NCBI RefSeq assembly: GCF_030655665.1
Contig: NZ_JAUSPQ010000004.1
Span: 98,948 to 130,947 of the forward strand
Reading direction: 5' to 3'
Source of the DNA: Methanocorpusculum sp.
GTDB taxonomy: Archaea; Halobacteriota; Methanomicrobia; Methanomicrobiales; Methanocorpusculaceae
Length of the DNA: 32,000 nt
How positions within the stretch are numbered: the first letter of the stretch is position 1; each line of letters opens with the position of its first letter. Under the pieces are notes generated by a model. That model had not been told where the DNA came from. It did no database searches and was given only the letters and a program-made list of their open reading frames with translations. The position numbers and the translations under genes were made by a program. This document shows, one piece after another, positions 1-8,886 of this stretch.

Positions 1-1964
1 TCTTTGAGTTCGCGGCGGATCGCACGGCCCGAACGGGACGTCCCGGTGGTGATCTTGTCGATGTCGAGAGACCCGGTCTTCGCATCGTATGCCACCTGTC
101 TCAGACAGGTATCCACGATCTTGACCACACGCTCTGCATCCTCCCGGTCGACCTCATCGGCAAGACGCACGCGGGCACTTGCTTCTGCGAGCCGGACGAG
201 TGCTTCCAGTTGTCGTGCGGTGATCGGGACCGGTTTGTCGGAGTTTTCGTAGGCGACGCTTCTAAGACTCTGATAATACTGGACAAGAACTTCCTTCGCT
301 TCCTCTTTCAAAAGAGGGAAGCAGTTACGCTTTGCGTAGGCCAGATACTTTCGGAGCATGGACGCATCGATCTCCGGCGTGACCGGAGCGAGTTCGCGTT
401 TGAAGTACTCCTCATCCGCTCCCGGGATCGGGTACTTTTTGTGCCGCATCAGTTTTTCACCGGCCGAGTGGGCCTTGATGATGTGGCGTGCGATGTTGAG
501 ATCTCTCACAGCATCCGGCTGATCCTTCATGATGAAGATGAGATCGAAACGGGAGAGAAGGGACGGCGGCATGTTGATCTGTTCGGAGATGTTGGCATAC
601 TCGTCGAATCGTCCAAGCTTCGGGTTCGCAGCGCCGAGAAGGGAACAGCGTGTCCTGAGCGTAGCATTTATGCCGGCTTTTGCGATGGAGACCGACTGCT
701 GTTCCATCGCTTCATGCAGCGAGGAACGGTCGTCTTTTTGCATCTTGTCCATCTCATCGACTGCAGCGATACCTTTGTCTGCGAGAACGAGTGCTCCGGC
801 TTCGAGCGTCCAGCGACCGTCTCCCAAATCATCTTTGACCGCAGCGGCCGTCAGACCTGCCGAGGAAGCGGATTTTCCCGATGTGTAAATACCACGGGGA
901 GCAAGTTTGATGACGTATCGAAGCAGCTGGGACTTTGCAATACCCGGGTCACCTACGAGAAGGATATGGATATCGCCGCGAAGATTTGTGCCGTCGGGCA
1001 TTTCTTTCGGGATCCCGCCGAACATCTGGAGAGCGATCGCCTCTTTGACCTCTTCGTTTCCGTAAATAGTTGGAGCGATCGACCGGGCGATCTTGCCGTA
1101 GACACCCGGATCAGAGGCCATCTCTTTGATTGCGGTCTCATCCTCCTCCGAGATGTTGACCTCTTCGAATTCCTTGATGGAGATCTCGATCGAGTTGCAT
1201 TCGAGGTAGAGATCGAAAACAGTACTCTTCTGACCGCTGACGATCCGCTGGACACTGCGTAATATCCCATTCACAATGACGCGGTCGCCCGGCGAGACTT
1301 TCCCGCAGAGATCGTCGATCTCGTCGATGTCGATGTTCTGGGGCTGCTCGCCGCCGCGTAACCCTTCGGGCGTCTCCTGCACCCGGAGTTTCTGCGAGTC
1401 GATGAAGGTCGATTTGCTCTGGACGAGCTCGAGCTTTTTCAGCGTACACTCGGCATGTCCGCACATATCAGGCTCGGAATACGAGCCGTAATCCTGCTTT
1501 TTGAAGGTGATATGACCGTTCACACAGCGGAATGCTCCGGTGACAAGTCGGGGACGGACCTCGGTGACCCGGCGCACGATTCCGTCGATGCTGAGAAATT
1601 TATTGATATCTTCTGCACGGATGTCCCTGATCTGGGTCTTTCGCGGAAGACGGATGAACCTGATATTGACTTTGCCGATGATCGTGTCGGAGATGTCGTT
1701 TCCTTCGACATCTTTTCCGGTGATGAGGTGTGAGGTCCGGATGGCGTCTTTTACATCTTCTAAGGTCTTACCCGGATGTTCGAGCAACTCGTCCGCGAGA
1801 ACGACACCTATTTTTCCGTATTTTTCGAGGACCCCATAGTCTATCTCAAGGGAACGTTCGCTTGGGTATTCACGGGAGATCTTATTGAGTTCACTTTTGT
1901 ATTTCTTTTTCAGAAACCCGGTCCACTCCTCGACCCGGTCTACGACTTCCAGTTCAACTGCCAT
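1..1964 (-). CDS. mcm: Replicative DNA helicase MCM (3' part truncated by window edge)
   Basis: The minus strand reads ATG at 1964 preceded by AAGGAGG: MAVELEVVDRVEEWTGFLKKKYKSELNKISREYPSERSLEIDY. Further in it encodes a CxxC zinc-finger region (CRTCRHTECSV) and Walker A GDIHILLVGDPGIAKSQLLRYV. Not in the supplied ORF track because it is open at the edge. Confidence 0.95.
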   Translation of the reverse strand, partial: MAVELEVVDRVEEWTGFLKKKYKSELNKISREYPSERSLEIDYGVLEKYGKIGVVLADELLEHPGKTLEDVKDAIRTSHLITGKDVEGNDISDTIIGKVNIRFIRLPRKTQIRDIRAEDINKFLSIDGIVRRVTEVRPRLVTGAFRCVNGHITFKKQDYGSYSEPDMCGHAECTLKKLELVQSKSTFIDSQKLRVQETPEGLRGGEQPQNIDIDEIDDLCGKVSPGDRVIVNGILRSVQRIVSGQKSTVFDLYLECNSIEISIKEFEEVNISEEDETAIKEMASDPGVYGKIARSIAPTIYGNEEVKEAIALQMFGGIPKEMPDGTNLRGDIHILLVGDPGIAKSQLLRYVIKLAPRGIYTSGKSASSAGLTAAAVKDDLGDGRWTLEAGALVLADKGIAAVDEMDKMQKDDRSSLHEAMEQQSVSIAKAGINATLRTRCSLLGAANPKLGRFDEYANISEQINMPPSLLSRFDLIFIMKDQPDAVRDLNIARHIIKAHSAGEKLMRHKKYPIPGADEEYFKRELAPVTPEIDASMLRKYLAYAKRNCFPLLKEEAKEVLVQYYQSLRSVAYENSDKPVPITARQLEALVRLAEASARVRLADEVDREDAERVVKIVDTCLRQVAYDAKTGSLDIDKITTGTSRSGRAIRRELK

Positions 1965-2018
1965 GTTCCTCCTTATCGTTATACTTTGGCGTCGGGAGAT
2001 ATGAATATATTATGACAT

Positions 2019-2435
2019 TCAGCATTGAGTAACCAGATACGAGGCCGTGGTTTTTGAAAGAAGATCGCCGTCGACACTGCCGCGTCTGACCTCTGCTTCG
2101 GCGAAGATGATGCGTCTCCCTTTCCGGATGATCTTTGCGACGGCGAAGATCTCGTCGTCTTTTGTTCCGCGTATGAACTCTGTCGTTTCCGAGATCGTCG
2201 TGGTGCCGGACCCGGGATCGAGTTCTGCTAAAATCGCAAGCGCGATCGCTTCGTCCGCGAGGATGACGTAAAATCCTCCCTGCAGAAACCCGACGCCGTT
2301 GTGAAGTTTATCCGAGGCGTTCATTTTGAGAACGGCCGTACCGCCGCCCCATGAGACCGGGGTGATCCCAAGGGTCATGAAGGTAGGGTTCGCGGCCGCG
2401 CCTATCGATGCGATCTTTTCTGCGTATTCGTGCAT
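2019..2435 (-). CDS. PaaI-family hotdog thioesterase
   Basis: 138 aa; LHNGVGFLQGGFYVILADEAIALAI and ISETTEFIRG..DDEIFAVAKIIRKGRRIIFAEAEV pattern typical of PaaI thioesterases. Confidence 0.75.
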   Translation of the reverse strand: MHEYAEKIASIGAAANPTFMTLGITPVSWGGGTAVLKMNASDKLHNGVGFLQGGFYVILADEAIALAILAELDPGSGTTTISETTEFIRGTKDDEIFAVAKIIRKGRRIIFAEAEVRRGSVDGDLLSKTTASYLVTQC

Positions 2436-2524
2436 GTGAATAGATTCTCTTTCCGGGAAAAAGAGAGTTCCGATTTTCTGCTTCGACGGACAGGTCTAAA
2501 TAGGCTACGGAATAATACTCCAGC

Positions 2525-3892
2525 ATGCAACCATCTCTCGACGTGAGAAACCCTGCCACGAATGAAGTCATCGGCACTATACATAACGCCACGCCCGATG
2601 ATGTAGACAATTTTGTGAATGCTGCCGCGGACATCCTGCCGTCCTGGGAAAAGACGGCGGCATCGAAGCGTGCCGTGATGTTTGTGAATGCCGCGGCCCT
2701 GATTAGGGCACGGGCTGACGATCTCGCCGTTCTGCTGACGACCGAGCAGGGAAAACCTCTGCGTGAGGCCAAGGACGAGATCCTCGGATCCGCTCATGTG
2801 TTCGAGTATTATGCCTCGGTCTCTGGGAGTATCCCGGGTGATGCCCGGAATCTTCCGGGATACGGGTATCTGAATGTTGTCAGAAAACCGCTCGGCATCT
2901 GTGCCGCGATCATTCCCTGGAACATGCCGGTGATGATCTTTGCCTGGAAGGTAGGGGCCGCACTCACCTGCGGGAATACCGTTCTCGCAAAACCCTCGAA
3001 GACCGCGTCCCTCACGATCCTGAAGATCGCGGAGGCCATGCATGATGGAGGTTTTCCAAAAAAAGTTCTCCAGGTCGTGACCGGATCCGGCGAAGGGACC
3101 GGTTCTGCGCTTGTCACCCACCCGGATATCCGGCACATCTCGTTTACGGGCTCGATTATGTCGGGAAAAGCAGTTTCACTTCTCGCGGCCCCGCATCTGA
3201 AAAAACTGACGCTGGAACTTGGCGGGAACGACAGTTTCATCGTGACGAAAACGGCCGATGTCGACGCCGCGGTAAAAGCAGCGGTCAGGAACCGGTTCTA
3301 CAACTGCGGGCAGGTCTGCACATCGGCAAAGCGGATACTGGTGGATGCATCGCTTGCCGATGAATTCGTCCGCAAAGCGGAGATCATGCTTTCCGGCTAC
3401 GTTGTGGGGAACGGTCTTGACAAAGTGAACATGGGCCCAATGAACAATCCGGGTCAGCTGGCAGAGATCGAGGCTTCGGTCGAGAGTATCCTCGCAAACG
3501 GCGATGCTCAGCTGGTTTACGGCGGGAAAAAACTGGACATGCCCGGAAACTTCTATGCTCCAACACTGCTGAAGAATGTGAGTCCGCTCGCGGTCTCCGA
3601 AGAGATCTTCGGGCCGGTGATGTCGGTGATCCCATTCAAGAACGCGGATGAAGCTCTGGATATTGCAAACTCAACGGTTTACGGTCTGGGCTCTTCGGTC
3701 TGGACATCGGATATCGCGACGGCCCAAAACTTCGCCGAGTCGCTGAGATGCGGGGTCGTCTGGGTGAACAAGCATCTGACCCTTCCGCCGGAGATGCCGT
3801 TTGGAGGGGTCGCAAGCTCCGGGTTCGGACGGGAAAACGGGCGGGACTTCGTGTATGAGTACACGGAGCCGAAGAGTATTTTGTTTGGGTGA
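2525..3892 (+). CDS. NAD(P)-dependent aldehyde dehydrogenase (succinate-semialdehyde dehydrogenase-like)
   Basis: 455 aa; PWNMPVMIFAWKVGAALTCGNTVLAKPS, FTGSIMSGKAV, LELGGNDSFIV, catalytic NCGQVCTSAKR, EEIFGPVMSV. Confidence 0.93.
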   Translation: MQPSLDVRNPATNEVIGTIHNATPDDVDNFVNAAADILPSWEKTAASKRAVMFVNAAALIRARADDLAVLLTTEQGKPLREAKDEILGSAHVFEYYASVSGSIPGDARNLPGYGYLNVVRKPLGICAAIIPWNMPVMIFAWKVGAALTCGNTVLAKPSKTASLTILKIAEAMHDGGFPKKVLQVVTGSGEGTGSALVTHPDIRHISFTGSIMSGKAVSLLAAPHLKKLTLELGGNDSFIVTKTADVDAAVKAAVRNRFYNCGQVCTSAKRILVDASLADEFVRKAEIMLSGYVVGNGLDKVNMGPMNNPGQLAEIEASVESILANGDAQLVYGGKKLDMPGNFYAPTLLKNVSPLAVSEEIFGPVMSVIPFKNADEALDIANSTVYGLGSSVWTSDIATAQNFAESLRCGVVWVNKHLTLPPEMPFGGVASSGFGRENGRDFVYEYTEPKSILFG

Positions 3893-4500
3893 AGCGGGTT
3901 GGCGACGAAGTCGACGACCTCAGCGGAGCAAATCTTTGATTTGCGACTGCGGGGAGGAGCCGACTGGCTCGCCCTCAGTTGAGGGTTTCCGCTTTCAGCG
4001 TCCACCCCGCAAATCCGCGATAAGAAGGAAATGGAAATAGATCGTTGAGATTGTAAATCCGACTGGGTTTTTCCATCTCATGTTTTTCACCGGCGGGCAT
4101 CACACGAAATTCACGAAAATAATACGAAAACACGAAAAAAGAAAATCAGCTGGGTGTTGACCCCTATCTTACCCTCCCCCGTCCCTCGCAAGTCTATCGA
4201 CTTGCTCGGCTGAGGTCGTCCGCTTTCAGCGTCCAACCCGCCCCCACACCAAATCCACAAAAATCAACGAAATTCACGAAAAGGGGGGACAGGGGTGGGG
4301 GAATGGCAACTCTTCTTTTTTCAAAAGGAGGTGGTGTGAGCTCTTTTCTTATTCGGGGTGCGGGGAAGTGACTGCGGGCTGCCCCATAGGGGCGGCCTCA
4401 GCTGAGGCTGGGTGAGCCGATAGGCTCGCCCTCAGCGGAGCAAACCGAAGGTTTGCGATCCGGCGCGGAGCGTCCCGCGGTGGAGATATCTTTTTTTTTT
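3893..4500. repeat. Non-coding block rich in short palindromes and degenerate interspersed repeats
   Basis: Repeated words include GGAGCAAA..TTTGCGAY hairpins, CCGCTTTCAGCGTCCA(A/C)CCCG twice, and (A)CGAAATTCACGAAAA twice. No convincing coding frame. Confidence 0.65.
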
Positions 4501-4530
4501 GATTCGGAAGAGGTTTTTTTTCTCTTTTTT

Positions 4531-4773
4531 GCGGGAGTGTACGTCGGTTTCGTGTACAGGATTATTATGGAATCATAAGATAAAACCAACCGCGAACCGC
4601 AAATCAGAGATTTGCTCTCCGACTCGCTTCGCTCGCTTGAATCGGCACGAATCTCGCCCTTCGGGCTCTCAGAATCGGATTTGCTATTCCTCACTCTCGC
4701 AATCCAGCTACGCTGTCTTGCTCCTCCCTCATCGGGAACGTTCGGGCAAATCCTGTCTCCGCCCCAGCGGCTC
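4531..4773. repeat. Left long inverted repeat flanking the 637-aa gene
   Basis: Matches the reverse complement of 6804-7000, e.g. AACCAACCGCG, ATCGGATTTGCTATTCCTCACT, CTTGCTCCTCCCTCATCGGGA-CGTTCGGGCAAATCCTGTC-CCGCCCC-GCGGCTC. Confidence 0.85.
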
Positions 4774-4816
4774 CCGTAAGAATAAGTTGGTACCCTTACA
4801 AATAATGGGGTGAATA

Positions 4817-6730
4817 TTATACTTTTTTATCATTATATTTCAGAATATAGTCTAATTTATCTCTAGCCTTACTCTTCCAATTTTGATCTCTATATATCTT
4901 TTCAGATAATACATCATACTCACCTATAACCACATCACCTCGAGAATACTTCATTTTTAATTTATTGTAATTGGCAACTTCCTTCTCAGATAATTCATCA
5001 AAAAAGAAGAAATGTCCCATTTTATTACCAACCTTTGGTTTCCAGTCTTTCATTTTATTAACCAGATTTTTCATCTCTCCATCAAGATCAGTTGTCTTTG
5101 CTGAAACCTTGCATTCCCCAAAGATTACTGTGCCATCATTACGCACATAGGTTACATCAATTTCATGTTTATTTTGAGCAATATTCCAATCTAAGTTCTT
5201 TGAAGTGTCTGGACTGCGAGATAAATCATAATATGTCAGCAATTCCATTATCAATCCCCTTGCAGAATGAAGTACATCTTGTGTTGTTTCAAGCCTTTTT
5301 TGGATTTCACGAACTTTCTGATTTGCTCGCGCTATTTCTTTATCTTGGCGTTGGATGACTGAAACTGAATGTTCATTTTGGGTTGCAACATCAATTCCCA
5401 TAACATACTTTTCAAAAGTCTCTTTTTTAACCTCAAATGAAACAACATTAAGATATTGCATATATCGTTGGATATCATTATCAATCAACTGATGATAATA
5501 ACCGCCAGTTCCTGAATAATCAGTGTCGGTATCAAAAAATACAATCCAACCAGAGTAATCCATTGCAGAGCCATATCCTTCCATCAGAATTGCATAACTA
5601 TAATCATAACCCTTAAAACAGTGATGTTTGAAAATGCGAACCTGAACTTGCTCTGGGTTTTTCATTTGATTTTTTATTGTAACTGCTCCAATCAATAATG
5701 TCCTGAAAGCGATCATTCCAGAGAAAGGACCTGCTGAAGCATCGAGAAAACCCACATGATACCAAAGAAAAACTTTGTCAAGTTCTTCTTGTAATGATTT
5801 GTTAGGTATTTTATTTAGTTTATCAAAGATAGTTGAAAGCGACTCTTTTGAAAGTTTCGTATCATTTTTGAATGAATATAGATACCAGTCCTTTTCATGG
5901 TCATTATCAAGATCGAGAAAAATGTGGCCATATAAATGATCATAAATATATTGGATTTCATACCAATTTTCTGTATTATGTAAATATTTCAAACATTCTG
6001 TATCCAGTATATTTGGAAATAATTGATCTATTAAATATTCCAGAGAATAACAGTAACCACGGATTATCGTGTCCTTCGCCCCATAATCATCTGATTTGAT
6101 ATATTCCTCCCATTCAGGAGTTCCCTCTATTATTACATCCTCCTCTTTTGAGGAGTGTAATGGAGTAAATGCCTCAGCGTATGGAATCCCACTACCTCGA
6201 ATACATGAAAAATATAGCCATATAGTTCCTTCAATCAAATGTGAATATAATTCGTTTTTAGAATTAGGAAAATCAGAATAGGCATTTTCTTTGAGATGAT
6301 TAGCAAAGATATCCAGAACATTACGCTTCAAGTCGTTGAGTGGATGCCGAGATTTTGAAAAGTTTTTTGATGACTTGATCCTTTTAACATCGTAGCTCAG
6401 GATATAGAGTAAAGATGCTTTCTCACATGTGCGATCCATTTCTTCGGGAGGAACACCAGCGAACACTGCGCGATCAAAAGCAGGATCAGATGTTAATCCA
6501 AATGTTTCATCATAGCAAATTCCTTTAGCAAACCATCCCACAATTAAACCAATGCAGTATAAATAACCGGGTAAGAGTTCGTCTATATTGATATCTGGAT
6601 ATTTTTTATCTATCCACGAAGTAAATGATTTGGCATCAGAAAGAATATCATAACAACCAATTGCCCCATATATTGCATTAACTCCACGTGGACCCAATAC
6701 TAATTTTGAATCATTTTTTGTTGTAACCAT
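4817..6730 (-). CDS. Uncharacterised protein with central coiled coil and C-terminal PD-(D/E)XK-like nuclease motif
   Basis: 637 aa; HEIDVTYVRNDGTVIFGECKVSAKT fits D-x(n)-ExK of restriction-endonuclease-like folds. Coiled-coil-like QRQDKEIARANQKVREIQKRLETTQDVL precedes it. Markedly more AT-rich than flanking genes. Confidence 0.7.
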   Translation of the reverse strand: MVTTKNDSKLVLGPRGVNAIYGAIGCYDILSDAKSFTSWIDKKYPDINIDELLPGYLYCIGLIVGWFAKGICYDETFGLTSDPAFDRAVFAGVPPEEMDRTCEKASLLYILSYDVKRIKSSKNFSKSRHPLNDLKRNVLDIFANHLKENAYSDFPNSKNELYSHLIEGTIWLYFSCIRGSGIPYAEAFTPLHSSKEEDVIIEGTPEWEEYIKSDDYGAKDTIIRGYCYSLEYLIDQLFPNILDTECLKYLHNTENWYEIQYIYDHLYGHIFLDLDNDHEKDWYLYSFKNDTKLSKESLSTIFDKLNKIPNKSLQEELDKVFLWYHVGFLDASAGPFSGMIAFRTLLIGAVTIKNQMKNPEQVQVRIFKHHCFKGYDYSYAILMEGYGSAMDYSGWIVFFDTDTDYSGTGGYYHQLIDNDIQRYMQYLNVVSFEVKKETFEKYVMGIDVATQNEHSVSVIQRQDKEIARANQKVREIQKRLETTQDVLHSARGLIMELLTYYDLSRSPDTSKNLDWNIAQNKHEIDVTYVRNDGTVIFGECKVSAKTTDLDGEMKNLVNKMKDWKPKVGNKMGHFFFFDELSEKEVANYNKLKMKYSRGDVVIGEYDVLSEKIYRDQNWKSKARDKLDYILKYNDKKV

Positions 6731-6803
6731 ATTATGTAATGTGTTGTTTAAGCAAGAGAAATAGATTTACGTTGATTGAGATTTTTTAAAAATGAAAAGT
6801 ATG

Positions 6804-7000
6804 AGCCGCCGGGGCGGCGACAGGATTTGCCCGAACGGTCCCGATGAGGGAGGAGCAAGACTGCAAAGCAGGCTTGCGATAGTGAGGAATAGCAAATCCG
6901 ATTCGCTCGCCCGAAGGGCGGATTCGCGCCGATTCGCGGTTGGTTTTTTCTCTTGCGTCTACGCTAATACCTTACACGAAATCGACCTACACCCCACGAG
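6804..7000. repeat. Right long inverted repeat flanking the 637-aa gene
   Basis: Reverse complement matches 4531-4773, apart from an extra hairpin-containing segment of about 35 nt in the left copy. Confidence 0.85.
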
Positions 7001-7033
7001 AGGCATTTTTTGGTTATCATCGCCCCACCCCCC

Positions 7034-7828
7034 TCACTCTTCCGGATCAATCCTTTCAATATTCTGAAGAATGCTCTGGGCTACAAACACCGAGACATTG
7101 TTAACGAGACCGAAACAGAGCATTTGACCATTATTTTCAAGAATTGCGATCGTTCCCTGGCGATCATGATAGAACTGCGCGAGGACTGGCAGCCTCTGTT
7201 TTTTGGAGGAAAACGGCAATTCCATCGTCGTCATAGGGATCCCGCGCTTGACCATATAACATTTGATCGGGGAGAACTTTGCCATTTTTTTATCTTTAAC
7301 GACGATGTAAACAGGTATCCGCTTTGCGGCTTCTTTGATATCGTCGGCATATCTCTGCAGGATCCGTTCATCGAAACAGAGGAGAAGAACTTCCTTGCAG
7401 GAACGTTTTAGTTCCATCCGGATCTGCGTGTCTATCGCAAGATCTGTCTGGAATTCATGAACGCCGACTATTTTCGTTCCCAGAGGGTAGCAGACATTCT
7501 GAAGTTCGGTGAGGCAGTTGGTCATGCGTTCCAGATTATTGAGAGTTTCTTTCACCAGACGAAGCGAGACTTTTTCCACCGGTTCGGCGGTGTAATAGAC
7601 CGGCTTCTCCCACGAACGAGTAATGAAGCCTTTCTGCTCGAGGATATTTAAGACATCATACACCCGGCCGCGGGGAACACCGCTGAACTCATGGATCTCG
7701 AACGCGGTAAGAATCCCGCGGCTGAAGATGGTCACATAGATCTTGGCTTCATACTCCCGCATTCCGCAGGAGATCAATTGCTCCTGGATCGACAGAAGGG
7801 GATCTTCAGGCATTCCCGCATCCGTCAT
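7034..7828 (-). CDS. TrmB-family transcriptional regulator
   Basis: 264 aa; LISCGMREYEAKIYVTIFSRGILTAFEIHEFSGVPRGRVYDVLNILEQKGFITRSWEKPVYYTAEPVE is a TrmB-type winged helix. Confidence 0.85.
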   Translation of the reverse strand: MTDAGMPEDPLLSIQEQLISCGMREYEAKIYVTIFSRGILTAFEIHEFSGVPRGRVYDVLNILEQKGFITRSWEKPVYYTAEPVEKVSLRLVKETLNNLERMTNCLTELQNVCYPLGTKIVGVHEFQTDLAIDTQIRMELKRSCKEVLLLCFDERILQRYADDIKEAAKRIPVYIVVKDKKMAKFSPIKCYMVKRGIPMTTMELPFSSKKQRLPVLAQFYHDRQGTIAILENNGQMLCFGLVNNVSVFVAQSILQNIERIDPEE

Positions 7829-8072
7829 AACTGCATATCTCTTTCATACTATCTCATAAACACATTGTTTCAAGATAAAGTTTCTGTAATCAATCAGACA
7901 CCTGGTTTTGCCGACTGGACATTACGCTTGTCCCTGACATTTATTTGGTATTTCAGACAGAATTCCGGGGAATTTCCCTGAGATTCCCCACCTGGAAAAA
8001 CACCGCTCGTTCCGGTTTTAGAGTGACATTTTCTTTATCATAACCAAGGAGTAAGTATCAGCTTGATAAAAA

Positions 8073-8849
8073 ATGATAAACTTATGTGATTTAACCGGAA
8101 AAGTCGCGGTCGTCGCAGGGGCCTCCAGCGGTCTTGGCGCCGATGCGGCTCGTGCATATGCCGAAGCAGGGGCAAAAGTTGCCATGCTCGCCCGCAGAAC
8201 GGACAAACTCGAAGCAGTCGCAAAAGAAATTACCGAAAAAGGCGGAGATGTGTTCACCTATCCGTGCGATGTAACAAACGAACAAAGCGTCAAAGAGGCG
8301 GTGGACGCGATCGTCAAACATTACGGAACGATCCACATTCTCTTCAACAACGCCGGTATCGCCCAGCGCGGAACGGTCGAGACCCTGACCGTAAAAGAGT
8401 GGGACCTTTCGATGGATACCAACGTCAAAGGCATCTATCTCATGAGCAAGTATGTCATCCCCCACATGAAAGCCCAGAACTATGGTAAGATCGTCAACAC
8501 TGCATCGATCAATGCAGTACTCGGCGACAAAGGTGAAATGTTCGTCCGCCACGTGTACAACACGTCGAAAGCTGCCGTTCTTGGTCTGACCCTTGGTATG
8601 GCAACGTCGTACGGACAGAACAACATCACGGTCAATGCAGTCGGACCCGGGCTGTTTGAATCAGAAATGACGGAAGGCACATTATTCAAATCCGATGCGT
8701 TCATGACCCAATACAGCAAAATGTGTCCGCTGAACCGCCCGGCAAAACGCGGAGAACTGAACGGAACTATCCTCTACTTCTCCAGCGATATGTCGAGTTA
8801 CGTCACCGGTCAGTTCGTGGTCGTGGCGGGCGGTACCGAGCTCGTATAA
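8073..8849 (+). CDS. Short-chain dehydrogenase/reductase
   Basis: 258 aa; GKVAVVAGASSGLGADAARAYAEAGAKV, NNAG, active-site YNTSKAAVLGL, NAVGPG. Confidence 0.93.
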   Translation: MINLCDLTGKVAVVAGASSGLGADAARAYAEAGAKVAMLARRTDKLEAVAKEITEKGGDVFTYPCDVTNEQSVKEAVDAIVKHYGTIHILFNNAGIAQRGTVETLTVKEWDLSMDTNVKGIYLMSKYVIPHMKAQNYGKIVNTASINAVLGDKGEMFVRHVYNTSKAAVLGLTLGMATSYGQNNITVNAVGPGLFESEMTEGTLFKSDAFMTQYSKMCPLNRPAKRGELNGTILYFSSDMSSYVTGQFVVVAGGTELV

Positions 8850-8886
8850 ACTCAAAAAATATTTTTTTCTTTTTTTCGGAACGCAG

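Noticed and set aside
210-1262. 350-aa plus-strand ORF and smaller overlapping ORFs in 4-2015
   Set aside because: Antisense shadows of the MCM gene, whose minus-strand translation has clear Walker A and zinc-finger motifs.
3898-4300. Type II-like tandem direct repeat array
   Set aside because: Repeated words are degenerate and irregularly spaced; better described as scattered palindromic repeats.
4398-4813. Overlapping ORFs at 4398-4694 (-) and 4499-4813 (+)
   Set aside because: They lie in repeat sequence; shared peptide fragments (RNSKSD, RICPNG-like) come from the repeat family rather than protein selection.
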